Counted from the whole stretch's first letter, positions 1-12,250 are shown. The stretch: 63,075 nt of DNA, filler included, from Basidiobolus ranarum (GCA_040143965.1; 23 parts of 23 records of this genome joined end to end with filler, not necessarily neighbours in it); one strand, 5' to 3'. The notes: a model not told the origin generated them from the sequence alone. A program made the numbers and translations.

Positions 1-476
1 ATAAATTCATCCAGCATTAGGAAAGGATCAAAGCTTTTTAGCGTACTAGTGCCAATACTCCTTCTGACTCTAGCGCCATTCCCTTCCGGTTTAGTTATAG
101 CTTCGACTGTGCTGGTGATATATCTTTGAATGCTCATAACTCCAATTGATTTTGTTGAAAATTGAAAACGTACTTAATAAAATTCTGTATTCGATCAAAC
201 GATATTTATATCTTTTTGACTCGGAAAAATAACCCAATTGGGGACATTTGTCGTTGTTACATTTGAGCCCAATTCTAAACATATCAATCCCCATAAGCCG
301 GAAAAATCAGCAACTAATCCGGCAAAATTATACAACTACATATAATATATCCGAGATGGTGTTTAACTTGAACATACCAATATTTAATATTGAGCTAACC
401 TACAAGATCCTTACAAAGGGACAAAACCACTACTCATCTAGTTAAAGGACGGATACGGTAATTGGAAGATGAATGA

Positions 477-810
477 CTACTTTTTCTTTTCGTTAGTGGT
501 ATTAGTAGTAGATGAGTTAGTACTACTGGTGGAGGTCGCCATAGCTGAAGTTTTAAAGGAGATAATGTTGATCTTTTCCGAGATGATATCATTTTCTCCC
601 AGCTAGAAGAGCAATCATAATGGATGAGTATCAATGTATTCAGGGGAAATAAAAACGTAAAAACCGATACTTACTCTAATATTTCCGACAGTTTCGGCAT
701 ATAAATAATGTTTGTCAATTTCTGGATGGACCTTCTTGGCAAACTCATGTACGGTAGTACCTGGATGCACCAACATACAATCTCTGAATACACCGCCCTG
801 CTTACCTGGC
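477..810 (-). CDS. Last two exons (810-675, 602-477) of an Obg/YchF-family GTPase with C-terminal TGS domain (YGR210C-like)
   Basis: Manual spliced translation: PGKQGGVFRDCMLVHPGTTVHEFAKKVHPEIDKHYLYAETVGNIR / LGENDIISEKINIISFKT...EKKK*. GTAAGT..CTAG intron at 674-603 and an AG acceptor at 812-811. It resembles the TGS motif 'D.lLv..GTTv.efA..vH'. Confidence 0.75.
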
Positions 811-1293
811 CTAATAAAGAGAACAAATAGAATTATCTCACTTTACATCTTCCTTGATTAACTTCAAGCGCACTTTATATAAGTGATGCTCAATAAAGTT
901 ACTAAAAACCTAACCTAAGCTAATTCCGTCTGCCAGAAATTCTTAGGTCGAGCTTACTAGGAACACTCTACTATTGACTCCATCCATTCTGGAAAATTTT
1001 GCTCAGGTCCATACCTTCTGGAATTCTCTACTCTTGGCTCTATCCTATCTGGAATACTCTCAAGCCTAGCTCACTAGGAAACTCTTCTATGTTAGCTTGT
1101 TGAATTTATGCTGTGAATGTTATAATCACAATTGGCTTATTTACATATATATGTTGCTTAACTTGATAAATAAAGATTACACCTTATGGTTTTTTTCATC
1201 CATCCTGCTAGTATTGCCTACTGAACATTTCTAAGATTGTGCACTTGTGTGCTGCTTTAGTTCAGTGTGATTCAAGACATTGAAGGCCCACCA

Positions 1294-1627
1294 TGTTGAA
1301 ATTAGCTTTGCCTAAACACCTATATAGTCATATATAGCTTAGTACTTAGTTATCTCATATTTCACTAAGATATTACCCATTATTCTCAATTGGAATTTAC
1401 TTAGAATATTGACATCAACTTGGAAGTTCTCAGATATATAGATTTTTCAAAGAAGCCCCAAACTTTGCACACATGTTCCTGGGACCTTCCTTAACACATT
1501 CTACAGTTTGTTCACAACTTGACAAAAATATAAATGTCAACTGAATACTCAATAAATCAATAAGTGAAAACCACCAATTTCTCTAATTCTCCAAACCACT
1601 TCCAACAGGCTCCCATATACTATAACA
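1294..1627 (+). mobile_element. Solo LTR, copia LTR family A, with 5-bp TSD CACCA
   Basis: TGTTGAAA...TATAACA, flanked by CACCA at 1289-1293 and 1628-1632. Homologous to many other copies in the window. Confidence 0.9.
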
Positions 1628-1814
1628 CACCAAAGGTTCAGATTATAAAGGTGTCATAAATGAATCTTCTTGACACAAGCAATTTCATCCATATTCTCTT
1701 CCAGATGAAACTGACTAGGTGAGACTGAACCAGTAGAATAAATTAAGCCATGAGATTAAAGAGTAGAAGGGTGGATCTAATCCAGATCAAATTGATTTAT
1801 TTTTGTTAGAATTC

Positions 1815-2560
1815 CAGATTTGGTATGTGTTTCTTCTTTTGCAATTCTTTCAAAATAATCTTTGCTTAAATGGCCAGTTCTTTTACAGCAATCACAGATT
1901 GTGTTACTTTTCTTCTTAAAGTGCTTTTGACCTTAATACCAAGGTTTCCCATGGCCTAATAAAGCACTTTCTTCATCTTTTGGTTGGATACCAATTTGAG
2001 TAAATCTGCATCCAGAAGTTTGCCAAATACATAATTTAAAGTCAAATTTTCAGTTATTGAATCTAGAGCCATTGCTAGGCTCTGAAACTTTTGTGGCAGG
2101 CTATTCTGGACTGTAACTATGATATCTTGAGCAGTAGTAGGTACTCCAATGCATTCCATTTTATCACCTAAAATGGTGACTATATTAATTAGTGATTTAA
2201 TGTCTTCTCCTGGCTTCATCTTTAAGTTTAAGAATTATCTTCTTAGAAGCATATTGTTGGCAGCGGAACTTGTTGGGTAGGTGTCTTCCAAGACTTTCCA
2301 TACCTTCTTGACAGGTTTAGCTCTTGAACATTGAATTAGCAATTTGTCTTTAACATTAAGACAAATTGTGTTAAAGGCACTTTGATCTTTTTTAACCTGG
2401 AGTAAAACTTTGGTTTCAGATAGTTTTGCATTGTTTTCTTTGCCAACAACAGTGTCCCAAAGTCCTTTTTCTTGCAGCAGCATCTTCATTTTAATTTTGC
2501 AAACTTGATCATTGGTTCCATCAAATTTTTCAGAAGAGCTATAAAATACAGATGTTACTG
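1815..2560 (-). mobile_element. Ty1/copia gag (UBN2 / zinc knuckle), degenerate, family 1
   Basis: MKMLLQEKGLWDTVVG..., MKPGEDIKSLINIV...NSLPQKFQSL, CDCCKRTGH knuckle; in-frame stops. Same sequence at 48630-49268 and 29809-29945. Confidence 0.9.
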
Positions 2561-2573
2561 TTAAAGTATTTGG

Positions 2574-2656
2574 TGTTAAAGTATTTGGGAGCCTGTTGGA
2601 AGTGGTTTGGAGAATTAGAGAAATTGGTGGTTTTCACTAATTGATTTATTGAGTAG
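2574..2656 (-). mobile_element. LTR family A, 3' end (cut by contig end)
   Basis: TGTTAAAGTATTTGGGAGCCTGTTGGAAGTGG is the reverse complement of the LTR-A end; a short terminal duplication lies at 2560-2573. Confidence 0.85.
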
Positions 2657-2756
2657 NNNNNNNNNNNNNNNNNNNNNNNNNNNNNNNNNNNNNNNNNNNN
2701 TTAATTAATTAANNNNNNNNNNNNNNNNNNNNNNNNNNNNNNNNNNNNNNNNNNNN
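2657..2756. other. Artificial contig-joining spacer (first of 22)
   Basis: 44 N + TTAATTAATTAA (stops in all six frames) + 44 N. It recurs at 5413, 8167, 10921, 13675, 16428, 19181, 21934, 24686, 27437, 30186, 32934, 35681, 38426, 41171, 43915, 46658, 49398, 52136, 54873, 57608 and 60343. Segment lengths fall steadily from 2656 to 2633 nt. Confidence 0.99.
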
Positions 2757-3130
2757 ATGCAGACTGGGGAAGAAGCCTTGATGATAGAAGATCAACAACT
2801 GGGTACACTTTTCTGTATGGTAAAGGAGCCAGTGCTTGGAATAGTAAGAAGCAACCAACCATTGCACTTTCTACTACAGAAGTAGATCATATGACTACCT
2901 CTGCTACAACACAAGAAGCTATGTGGTTAAGGCAGCTACTTACAGACTTAGGATACATTTAAAAGTGTGCTATTACTGCTAAAAGCCCTAAATTTCATGC
3001 TAGAACATAACATATAGATATTATGCATCATTATGTTCAAGAAGCAATAGAGAATAATATAATTGAACTTGTCTATTGCCCTACCAAAGAAACAATTGCC
3101 GACATCTTAACAAAACCATTCCAAAACACT
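2757..3130 (+). mobile_element. Ty1/copia RNase H fragment, degenerate
   Basis: ADWG..LDDRRSTTGY..., WNSKKQPTIALSTTE, QEAMWLRQLLTDLG, FHARTIHIDI.HHYV.E, YCPT...IADILTKP motifs. Confidence 0.9.
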
Positions 3131-3384
3131 TCCAAATCCTCTAAACACTTTTATTAAAACTGAACAAATTGTATAAAATCAAATCTAACTTGACAATTTG
3201 ATGATGGTGAGTACATTGTTAATACACAATGTATTAAAATTGTTATGCTTTTCTTACAATAATAATCCTCAAATTTCTGTTAGGATATATATTCATGGAG
3301 TGACCAATGGAGGGCACCTGTGATGAATGATGCACTGTGTGAAATTTGCAGTATTGCTATATGATAATCTGATTAACAATGCAT

Positions 3385-3591
3385 ATCAGGAACTTGTGTG
3401 CAAAGTTTGGGGCTTCTAGCACAAGTTTGAAAAATCTATATATTTGAGAACTCCCAGGTTGGTAAAAACATTTTCAGTAAATTCCAGTTGAGAATGATGG
3501 ATAATATCTTAGCAAATTATAAGATAATTAAGTACTATGCTATATATGACTATTTAGGTGTTTAGCCAAGGCTAATTTCAACACTCTCTCA
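3385..3591 (-). mobile_element. Partial 3' LTR (family A) with adjacent polypurine tract
   Basis: On the minus strand GTGAGAGAG directly precedes TGTTGAAATTAG (3582). This fixes LTR orientation and links LTR-A to copia family 1. Confidence 0.85.
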
Positions 3592-5200
3592 CAACTAAAT
3601 AGTCATATAAACTAGTCCTAATAAAGGTCTAAACTTCTCAAATTTCTGTCTAGCTAATAGTTTTGTTAATGTATCAGCAGTCATGTCTTCTGTAGAACAA
3701 TAAGTTAAGTCATTGAACTTATTCTCTATAGTCTCTCTAATGAAGTGATTCTTAATATCTATATGTTTGCTTCTATTATGAAATGTGGGATTTTTGGCTA
3801 ATTTGATACAACTTTGATTATCTTGAAATATTGTAGTTGGTGAATTTCAAGAATGTCCCAAATCTGTTAAGAGTTTTCATAACCATAATTATTCTTGTTT
3901 TGCTTCATAGGCAGCCATGTATTCACCTTCTGTTGTTGAAAGTACTATGGTAGGTTGTTTCTTTGAATTCCAAGAAATAGCTCCATTACAGCAAAGAAAT
4001 AAGTATCCTGTTAAAGATCTCCTGTCTTCAATATATCCTACCTAATTTGCATCTGAATATCCCATCTGATCAAAGTTTGATCCAGAATATATGTATTTTA
4101 AGCTGAGATTCACAGTACCTTTCAAAAATCTCAAAATTTACATAACTGCTATGGTTTGATCAGATCCATAGTTTTATAGATATTAGCACATAACTCCCAC
4201 AGAATATGCAATATCTGGCCATGTTGCAACCATGATATACATCAAACTACCATCTGTAGATTGATAAGGATATTTCTGGCTTTCATTTGAATCCAAAAAC
4301 ATGTGATTTGCACCATTTTTGGTCGAGTTAAGATTTGTCTCCATTGGGATAGATGCTGGATTACATTCTTCCATTTTAAACTTGTTTGGTATATCCAGGA
4401 TATATTTAGACTGGTTCAAAGTTATTGTTTTTAGTTCTATCAATCTTAATTTGGATTCCAAGATAGTACATTGGTTCACAAAGATGAGTTATTTTAAATT
4501 CAGCATATACACTGGATTTGATTTTCCCCAAAGTCTTCAAGTCATTGGTTGTTATAATAAGGTCATGTGCATATAAGGCTAATAAAACTGGGTTTGTCTT
4601 ATCTGGCCAGAAGTAGATACCAGAGTCAGCATTACTCTTTTGGAATTTGAGTGTATCCAAAAAAGCATCTATCTAGCTATTCCAAGCTCTTGGAGATTAT
4701 TTTCAGCGTTAGAGTGTTTTCCAGAGCCTGCAAACTTTTTTAGGATTTTCCGGATCCACAAATCTCTCTGGCTGGTTCATATAGATCTCCTCCGCAAGCT
4801 TACTGCTCAACAAAGCAGCTTCAACATCCATTTGATCTATCATACACTGATACTTAACTGAAATTGCTAAAATCAATCTAATTGAATTAAACTTTGCTAC
4901 AGGAGCAAAAGTTTTTGAATAATCTGTTCCAGGGTTTGAGAATAGCCTTTAGATTTTAGTCTAGCCTTGTATCTTTCTATATTGCCATCAATGTTGCTTT
5001 TAACTTTAAAGACCCATTGACAGCCAATTGATTTTCTATCATCAGGTAAGTTGTTGAAAATCCAAGTTTGATTATCAATCAAAGCCTCATACTCATCAGC
5101 AATTGCAGATCTCCAAAATTTCATGTGAGGGCCATTCAGGGCCTCTTTCACAGTCTGGGGCTCATGTATTTGAGCTGTGCAGGCATAGGCCCAGGATTGA
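3592..5200 (-). mobile_element. Ty1/copia reverse transcriptase + RNase H, degenerate
   Basis: ORF fragments KEALNGPH..FWRSAIADEY...[10 protein letters not shown]...ERYKARL, LALYAHDLII, YPYQS..GSLMYIMVAT.PDIAYSV; many stops and frameshifts. Confidence 0.95.
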
Positions 5201-8200
5201 CCATTTCCTAATCTTCATAAAATTGTCAAGTTAGATTTGATTTTAATCAAATTTTTCAGTTTCAGGAGCAATATTTCAAGATCCTGCAAAATAGTTGCAC
5301 ATGATTGGCTACAATCTCAGAGAACTATGGATCAACACATGTGCAAAAAATGTAACTCAAATGTCACACAATTACCACTTGAATGCTAATTTGTCACCTT
5401 TGAAATCCCTAGNNNNNNNNNNNNNNNNNNNNNNNNNNNNNNNNNNNNNNNNNNNNTTAATTAATTAANNNNNNNNNNNNNNNNNNNNNNNNNNNNNNNN
5501 NNNNNNNNNNNNAAGCCCATCGGTGTAAGGCATTCGTGGTCAATTGGATTACAGCAATGAGCATAAGGAAGCTTTACCACGGGTGATTTTACACAAAAAC
5601 AACCAAGTATAGATTCATCAAAGGGTTAGTCTGATATTCCTGATGCTACTACCCGTGAAGAATGGGATTGCCCAGAACAGCCACTAAATTCACATTAGCC
5701 TTTTTAAACCTGTCTGATTATTACCAGTTCAGGTCATAGGGTCTGCAGTAGATACTAGGTGCAGCTTATTCTGAGGTCAGATGCATAGGTGATTGCTAAG
5801 TTCGTACCAACCCTGTGACTCTGTATACGTTAATTCTCAGCAGAGCTCTTTCATTTTACTGTGGTATACATTAATGATTAGTAATCATCTGCAGTCTTTT
5901 CCATTTCACACTCCTCTTCCAGCTGGGGCCAAGTCAGAAAGTGCAAACATGTATCTTTTGGTTAAGGTCTATTTGTAACACCACAACTTCAAATCCAACA
6001 TACGAAAGAATGCGCATGGTGAAGGGTTAGAGCTGGTTACATCCGTTATAACTTAACGGCCTCGATATTCCAGATATCCGAGGTAAGATATGAATACCCA
6101 CTTTGGGTCACAATGCCTAGGCATTTGCTACTTACATCCATAGCATATAATGATCAAAAGATAGTGAAATTTAAACCAATCACATCGACACAGAGACGGT
6201 GAAAAAAAACCACACCAATTACCATATTTATGCTAGAAGGTAAGAATCCAGCATGCAGTCTGCAAAGTGATCTTAGGCAGCTGTGGAATCGCAAAACTGT
6301 ACCAATGTGAAAAAATATTGCCTTTTCCTCTAACAGAGAGATCATGGCCATCCTATTTGACGTAAGCTAGGTGGTGTCAATGCTGTATCACGATGACAGC
6401 ATCATTTCCTGTTGAACTGAGTCACATCAATGTCGAAAGTGCTGCTATTTCGTGCGAATGTGAGATGGTGGTAAATCTAGCTAATAAAATGATTGATCAG
6501 TGAGCGTAGTTTGTGTGAAATAAATGGCAGTCTCTTGTGGCTCTTAATTTGAGCTGATTTTGGGTTCATAATTGGCTCTTTTCAGATAACTTGTTGATTT
6601 CGTTGCTATCTACATCCATATGACTTGGCTACTACACTTTGGTAAAAAGGCCTGCTTTTCTTCTTAGCAGCCCCTGTAATATATTCAGTTAATTTGAATT
6701 GAGAATCCATGTTCAACAAGGGGTATAGGAGAGATTTGCATCGGCTCATTTGCCAAGCCACATGCTCGATTTAGTAAGTGATGGGCTCCGTACACGTTTC
6801 CTGCTGGATTAGTTTTCGGTATATCTTAGTAGTATATTTTATACATCCTCGCCAGCTGCATATGACACTTGCCCCATCGGGGGTTGGCTCGAATTATGTA
6901 TCCAATATTCAGCATAAAGTGATGTTATGAAATGGAAAAACTCCAACAATAGTCCATGTGGAAAGAAACCCGCCAGATGATTTCTCCGAGAATTTCTATT
7001 AGTCATTGGGCTCTAACATACCGCAGAAATTTGGCGCCTAAATAAATCACCCGCCCCGATATTTGTCTGACTGGAGATATGATGACACTCTTGACCAGCA
7101 TTGGTTGGGCCTGCGCTCCAAAATGTACCATAGTCATGTGAAGTAATAATTGGAGAATTTTATAGGCATCGAAATAAGGTTGGTACTAAGGACGATTCAT
7201 GAAACATTGGTCATATTCTGAATGTTGAGTTCTCACCAATGAATTCACAATCGATTGGTAATATTAATGCCATTTTTTCGGCCTCCCTTAGTTCATTTTG
7301 ACTTCCGTAGCCTACTTATAACCAATCAATCAAATAGATATCTGCCCATTATGTCTGAATATTCATCAATTGTTACCAAACATAATATTCATACTTTACT
7401 CCATCCCTATCTCAGTCACTTCCGAGATATCTCTATTCACTCTACTTTCTGAAACTGGCGGAACTTTGTTCACAGACTCTCTTTACATTCTCTCTATATG
7501 CCATCATTGCTACTCTTCCTCTCATAACATCTATCTGGCTGCTGTAGCCAACTAAATAGTAATGTAACCTCCCATCTTCAATGTAACCTATGGGGTATTT
7601 CCTAGTCCAGTATATCACCTTGTTTCGAAGATTCACTCTGATATCGGTAGATCATATGGCCCTTTTCCAATTCGAAAGTTTCAGCAATGGGGCTAACCAT
7701 ATCTAATAGCACTAAAACTAGTTGTATAGTGAAGCTGCAGTGTGGGGGAGAGGAGAGAAGACCTTAGAAAGGTGTACTACCTTTGATATATATCACATGT
7801 TGCTTCATTATATAGAAATACAAATATATTGTGAAGTATGAAATGAAGTGCCACCATTGTGATGAATTTAAGAATCATGAGGAAGTTGGAGTGAAGGTAA
7901 GAGCTGGATTTCACATGTGAATTCTCTTTACATTAGTTCAATATATTCAAAATGTGTTGCTGCAGTGAAAAGGCTGTATTCAATCATGCTAATATGGCCG
8001 ATGTACCTCTTAGGTACCACTGAATTGATTTAGTCATGGTATGGTATCTCCAAGTATATTCCCTTCATTTTCAACACCAAATAGAACTCCTCTATTATTA
8101 GATTATGACTTCATATTGGCTGTGCCATCCCTTCTTAGCAATCCGGTGTCAGTTCATCCAGATTACNNNNNNNNNNNNNNNNNNNNNNNNNNNNNNNNNN

Positions 8201-8352
8201 NNNNNNNNNNTTAATTAATTAANNNNNNNNNNNNNNNNNNNNNNNNNNNNNNNNNNNNNNNNNNNNTAACAACTGAATGGGCTGTCTGCTACTTTGTCAA
8301 TGTTCCATTTGTTCCTATATCAGAGCACAGAAAATATTTCAGAGAAGAAGGT

Positions 8353-8697
8353 ATGGATATTACCAAAATTATTAACATGAGATATATGAATCATCACACC
8401 CTTGAGATTATACTTGAAAATAGTATTGTCTCAGAATTCCGTGAGGAAGGAGAAGATAGACTTGATTGGGAGTCAAGTGATCACTACTTCCCAAAAAATG
8501 CTGGAACACCACTCTATGTTCCCTTTTCTTTAAAGGACACTCTGCTCAATAGATTTACTTCACTCCTGAGAAATTCACCCTCTCCACTTGTTACAAAATT
8601 CTTGAAAGACTTCTACATTTCCCAAGCTAAGGTACTTTATCCCAACACTTTTATTTTATATGATGAGATTTGGGATGCTGCCCTTAATGAGTCTTAG
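8353..8697 (+). CDS. Hypothetical ORF directly upstream of LINE ORF1, possibly part of the element
   Basis: 114-aa open frame ending 70 nt before ORF1, CpG-poor like the transposon DNA; no recognisable motif. Confidence 0.35.
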   Translation: MDITKIINMRYMNHHTLEIILENSIVSEFREEGEDRLDWESSDHYFPKNAGTPLYVPFSLKDTLLNRFTSLLRNSPSPLVTKFLKDFYISQAKVLYPNTFILYDEIWDAALNES

Positions 8698-8767
8698 TGG
8701 ACTAAACCTTTGACTTTTACTTTTAATTTGGCTTCTTTGTTTATTTGTGTTGTATGACTTGTGATAA

Positions 8768-9928
8768 ATGAAGATTACACCTTGTGGTGCTTTTCATCCC
8801 CCCCCAACTGCTAGTTCCACAGAAATGTTGATTACTCAGAATATACAACTGCCTAAGACTTCAAGGAAACAAAAAGCCCATTCCTCTCTACTTAGTGATC
8901 CAGCAAATATCAACACTACTAACAGAATGCTTAAGCTGGAGTTTGATATGAGATCACTAAAGGAGCAATTTGCATACTTTGGCTCTAGAATTGATTGGTT
9001 AGCAACTTTAGTAGAAACTTTATTAGTAGCGCAACCAGACTTCAATAACAGCTCCCAAGCTTGTACCTCAACTATCAATACAGAAATAGCACATCCAAGT
9101 TCTCATCCACAAGGGAACAATAAACTTGACAAGAACTACTCATTGCAACAATCAGATGTATCATCAATGGAGTGTACCTCCCCCACAACACATCATGAAA
9201 ACTCCAAAGAGGCAAGATCTGACTCTGCAACTTCTTCAAAATTCTCCAACAGATGTTCGCTGGCAGCACCAGCAATAAAGGAAGCAAAAAGAAGACCTAC
9301 TTTTGCAGAAATAGCCAGAAGAAATACAAAGACTGGTTCAAGGGAAGAGATTGAAAGAATGAAAGCAGCAATGCAAAAGTGTGTTGGGGCAAAACCGGCA
9401 TTTACAAGTACACAAGCTGAAGTAAAGCACCAATGCTGCAGAGTTTATTTGAGAGGTATACAACACCAACCTATACAAGAAGTAAAATCTATCCTTTATG
9501 ATTTGCGTTTTCAACTCTCTAAGATATGGAGCATAGACTTCATTGGGAAAAATACTCTGGAATTCACTCTCTCAGCATCCTATGCACATTCTTTTGTGAT
9601 ACATAGCAAAAAATTTCCTTTCCTCACATTACTCTCCAAGGTTGATCCTACAAAACCTCTTGACCCACTAGCTTTGCCAGAAGTTGCCAGTAAGGTTAAG
9701 GCTGCCTACATCAAAAGAATTCAGCAATCATATATACTCTCAAATAGCAAAATATACAAGGACTATTTAGCTGCTTTATCTTTGGAGTGTAACATTCCTC
9801 TAAACACTGATGATAATGCAAATTGCAACAAGCCAGAAACAATACAGGGTGCTGACACAGTCATAAATCCAGATGAAATTGTAGCCAAAGATCCTCCCAA
9901 CAATGCTCCTTCAGATCATAAACAATGA
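8768..9928 (+). CDS. Non-LTR retrotransposon (LINE) ORF1
   Basis: 386 aa with a coiled-coil-like N-terminal part, a 'PTFAEIAR' motif and an RRM-like segment (CRVYLRGI...IWSIDFIGKNTLEF). Its stop overlaps the ORF2 start (ATGA, 9925-9928). Confidence 0.8.
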   Translation: MKITPCGAFHPPPTASSTEMLITQNIQLPKTSRKQKAHSSLLSDPANINTTNRMLKLEFDMRSLKEQFAYFGSRIDWLATLVETLLVAQPDFNNSSQACTSTINTEIAHPSSHPQGNNKLDKNYSLQQSDVSSMECTSPTTHHENSKEARSDSATSSKFSNRCSLAAPAIKEAKRRPTFAEIARRNTKTGSREEIERMKAAMQKCVGAKPAFTSTQAEVKHQCCRVYLRGIQHQPIQEVKSILYDLRFQLSKIWSIDFIGKNTLEFTLSASYAHSFVIHSKKFPFLTLLSKVDPTKPLDPLALPEVASKVKAAYIKRIQQSYILSNSKIYKDYLAALSLECNIPLNTDDNANCNKPETIQGADTVINPDEIVAKDPPNNAPSDHKQ

Positions 9929-10785
9929 GCCACACCTCCTTGCAAATAGGCTACTGGAACTGCCAGGGCTTGAGCTGTTGAAGTTTACTGTCTTTCTCAT
10001 ATTTGTGATCTATCTTTATACACCTAACTATTTCATATATCACATATAAGTTAGTTAACATTACTAAGTCAAATACAACTTAGCTGAAAATTGGAACATA
10101 TATTATATATATATGTGAATAATGTGAGAATTAGCAATTCCATATTGGAAATTTCAAACTTGTCCAAATTGCCCCAAAGATAGCTCATTTTACTTCCACA
10201 GATGTTCTGAACACAACCCCAGTGTTAGTTTTCTGTATTTCCACCAAGAAGTATAAATGCTTTATTTCTGGACAATAAACTATTATTTCACCAAGCTATT
10301 CACTACTCCACTTTTCTAAAGTTCCTCCAAACAGCCCATATTTTCCCAATATGAGCATACTAAAGTGGTATAAAGTTCGAAACATAATGACAGAGTCTTT
10401 TGACTTATTCTTTTTAGCAGAAACATGGTTTGTGGATCAAGCCTTGCACATTTCACATCCATTATTTCTTGCCTCTTCAAAAAAGGTTGGCCCAAAGCCA
10501 GAGAGGGGACATCACAGAGCTGGTCTGCTTTGACTGATAGCACCTCATTTACAAAATCATATATTCATAGTTATGGTCACAGATTACACACTAACAATTA
10601 CTTTCCTTTCAATCAGTATCATGGCAGTTTACTTTCCTCCTACTATGACTTGCTCAAGAATAGCTCAATACTTGCCTTCTATTTCAATTGGTGCATTGAT
10701 TGGAGATATCAGCACTCACTTTGGGAGCACCTATGGCTCACCAAGGATTGGCCCAAGAATTTGAATTGATTTAATTGACCATTTT
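9925..10785 (+). pseudogene. LINE ORF2 N-terminus (AP endonuclease), interrupted by a solo LTR and cut by a CACTA end
   Basis: Removing the LTR and one TSD gives in-frame MSHTSLQIGYWNCQGLSILKWYKVRNIMTESFDLFFLAETWF, then ...AVYFPP...LIGDI.. (APE motifs WNxxG, LxET, VYxPP, GD). Confidence 0.88.
9976..10351 (+). mobile_element. Solo LTR family C with 5-bp TSD TGAGC
   Basis: TGTTGAAG...CCCAATA, with TGAGC at 9971-9975 and 10352-10356. Homologues at 35573-35680, 44015-44253 (reverse) and 49269-49397. Confidence 0.88.
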
Positions 10786-10920
10786 CCCTAACAAAAATAA
10801 AATCGATTTGATCCGGATTGGATCCACCCTCCGAAATAGCAAAACCGTCAGAGAACCGTCACATTATCGTTGGCTTGCATTCTGCCAGGGATTTTGATGA
10901 TGTGACGGCGGTTTCTTGAC
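10786..10920 (-). mobile_element. CACTA-like element right terminus (young, CpG-intact copy)
   Basis: Begins CCCTAACAAAAATAAAATCGATTTGATCCGGATTGGATCC; the same end lies downstream of the Tnp2 transposase in other contigs. Confidence 0.88.
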
Positions 10921-11020
10921 NNNNNNNNNNNNNNNNNNNNNNNNNNNNNNNNNNNNNNNNNNNNTTAATTAATTAANNNNNNNNNNNNNNNNNNNNNNNN
11001 NNNNNNNNNNNNNNNNNNNN

Positions 11021-11363
11021 CTTGTATTTTTTGATTCTCATTATGGCTGGAATACAAAGCCTAAAATATCTCAATAAAGGCATGCATATTAATTCGAATT
11101 CCTACAGCAGTAAACCCAGTAATTTGCCATTCGAAAATTATATTTTTGCAAAAATTGCTGGATATTGAATAACGCATGCCAAATTTGAGGATCAATATTT
11201 TAACATGTATGAATACCGCCAAGATACCGTCAAGAAACCGCCGTCACACCATCAAAATCCCTGGCAGAATGCAAGCCAACGATATTGTGACGGTTCTCTG
11301 ACGGTTTTGCTATTTCGGAGGGTGGATCCGATCCGGATCAAATCGATTTTATTTTTGTTAGGG
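11021..11363 (+). mobile_element. CACTA-like element 3' end (young copy)
   Basis: End of the transposase reading frame, then 3' arm ending ...TTTTTGTTAGGG. Confidence 0.88.
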
Positions 11364-12250
11364 GTATCAGAAGCACATCAGCATGTGCTGCTTCAAACCT
11401 AGGCAACTGCTGAATACTCTTGTCAATACTTACATTATTCTATCTTTACTGTTTAGCACATCATCCAAAATCAATATGGATTGCAGTTAAACATAGCATA
11501 AATTGCTTTAGTTGAATCATGATTGCTTATGTCTTTATGAAACACTGATAGCATGAAACCGTAATATATTAAAAAAACCAACAATAGCTTATTAATACAA
11601 ACAATTTGACTACAATTTAATGAAAAGCCTGTCAATAAGTAGCTTGTATAGCCATATTGGCTTGATATGGCTCAATTTGTTCACATTCTCACCCAATCAG
11701 AAGCTTACATGATTGTTTGAATAATTTGTGGATCTAAAATGATGAATCAAGCAATCCTGATTACTTCTAACATACTGCAGATTGATCCATCATCAAGTGT
11801 GGTGATTTGGCACCGGTACGCCAAAGCTACTGGTGCTTCATAAAGCAGGAGCCATTGGGCCCAATTTAAAATCAGGATACGGTGTTAGTGAGGAACAAAT
11901 GATTGGCCTAAAAACATGTGAATGTCTTGGTTATACATTTGATTGGGTAAATTACAGTATAAATAGCCTATTGTTATATGTTGAGTAATTTGTAAACTAC
12001 AAACTAGGGGATGAACTTGCTTTCTTAGTTACCCAAAATTTTAACTTGGCAATACTAATTTGGGTAACTTGGTATGGGCTGGCACAATATCTCCAAGAAA
12101 ATCATCATGTCCAATTGTGGTGTGATAGAGCCATATTCTTCCTGATAGTGTCCAATCAAGTGTTACATGACCCAGCCATGGTAATTGACAGATTGCACCA
12201 GATGGTGAACTAGCAGGCTTGGTCAAGCAGCACAATCTGACCAGGTCCAA
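11364..12250 (+). repeat. Unclassified decayed repeat family, homologous to about 60640-61520 (minus strand)
   Basis: Shared blocks such as cttcaaacctaggcaactgctgaat / cttcaaacctgggaaactgctgaat and gtctttatgaaacactgatag. The right boundary is approximate. Confidence 0.75.

Noticed and set aside
5513-7700. Short ORFs in contig 3
   Set aside because: No recognisable motifs or consistent exon structure; left unannotated.
11175-11402. Recurrent short ORF 'MHAKFEDQY...HHQNPWQNAS...' (also 28224, 43236, 62780) as a gene family
   Set aside because: It lies in the CACTA 3' arm and runs through the terminal repeat into different flanks; recurrence reflects transposon copy number.
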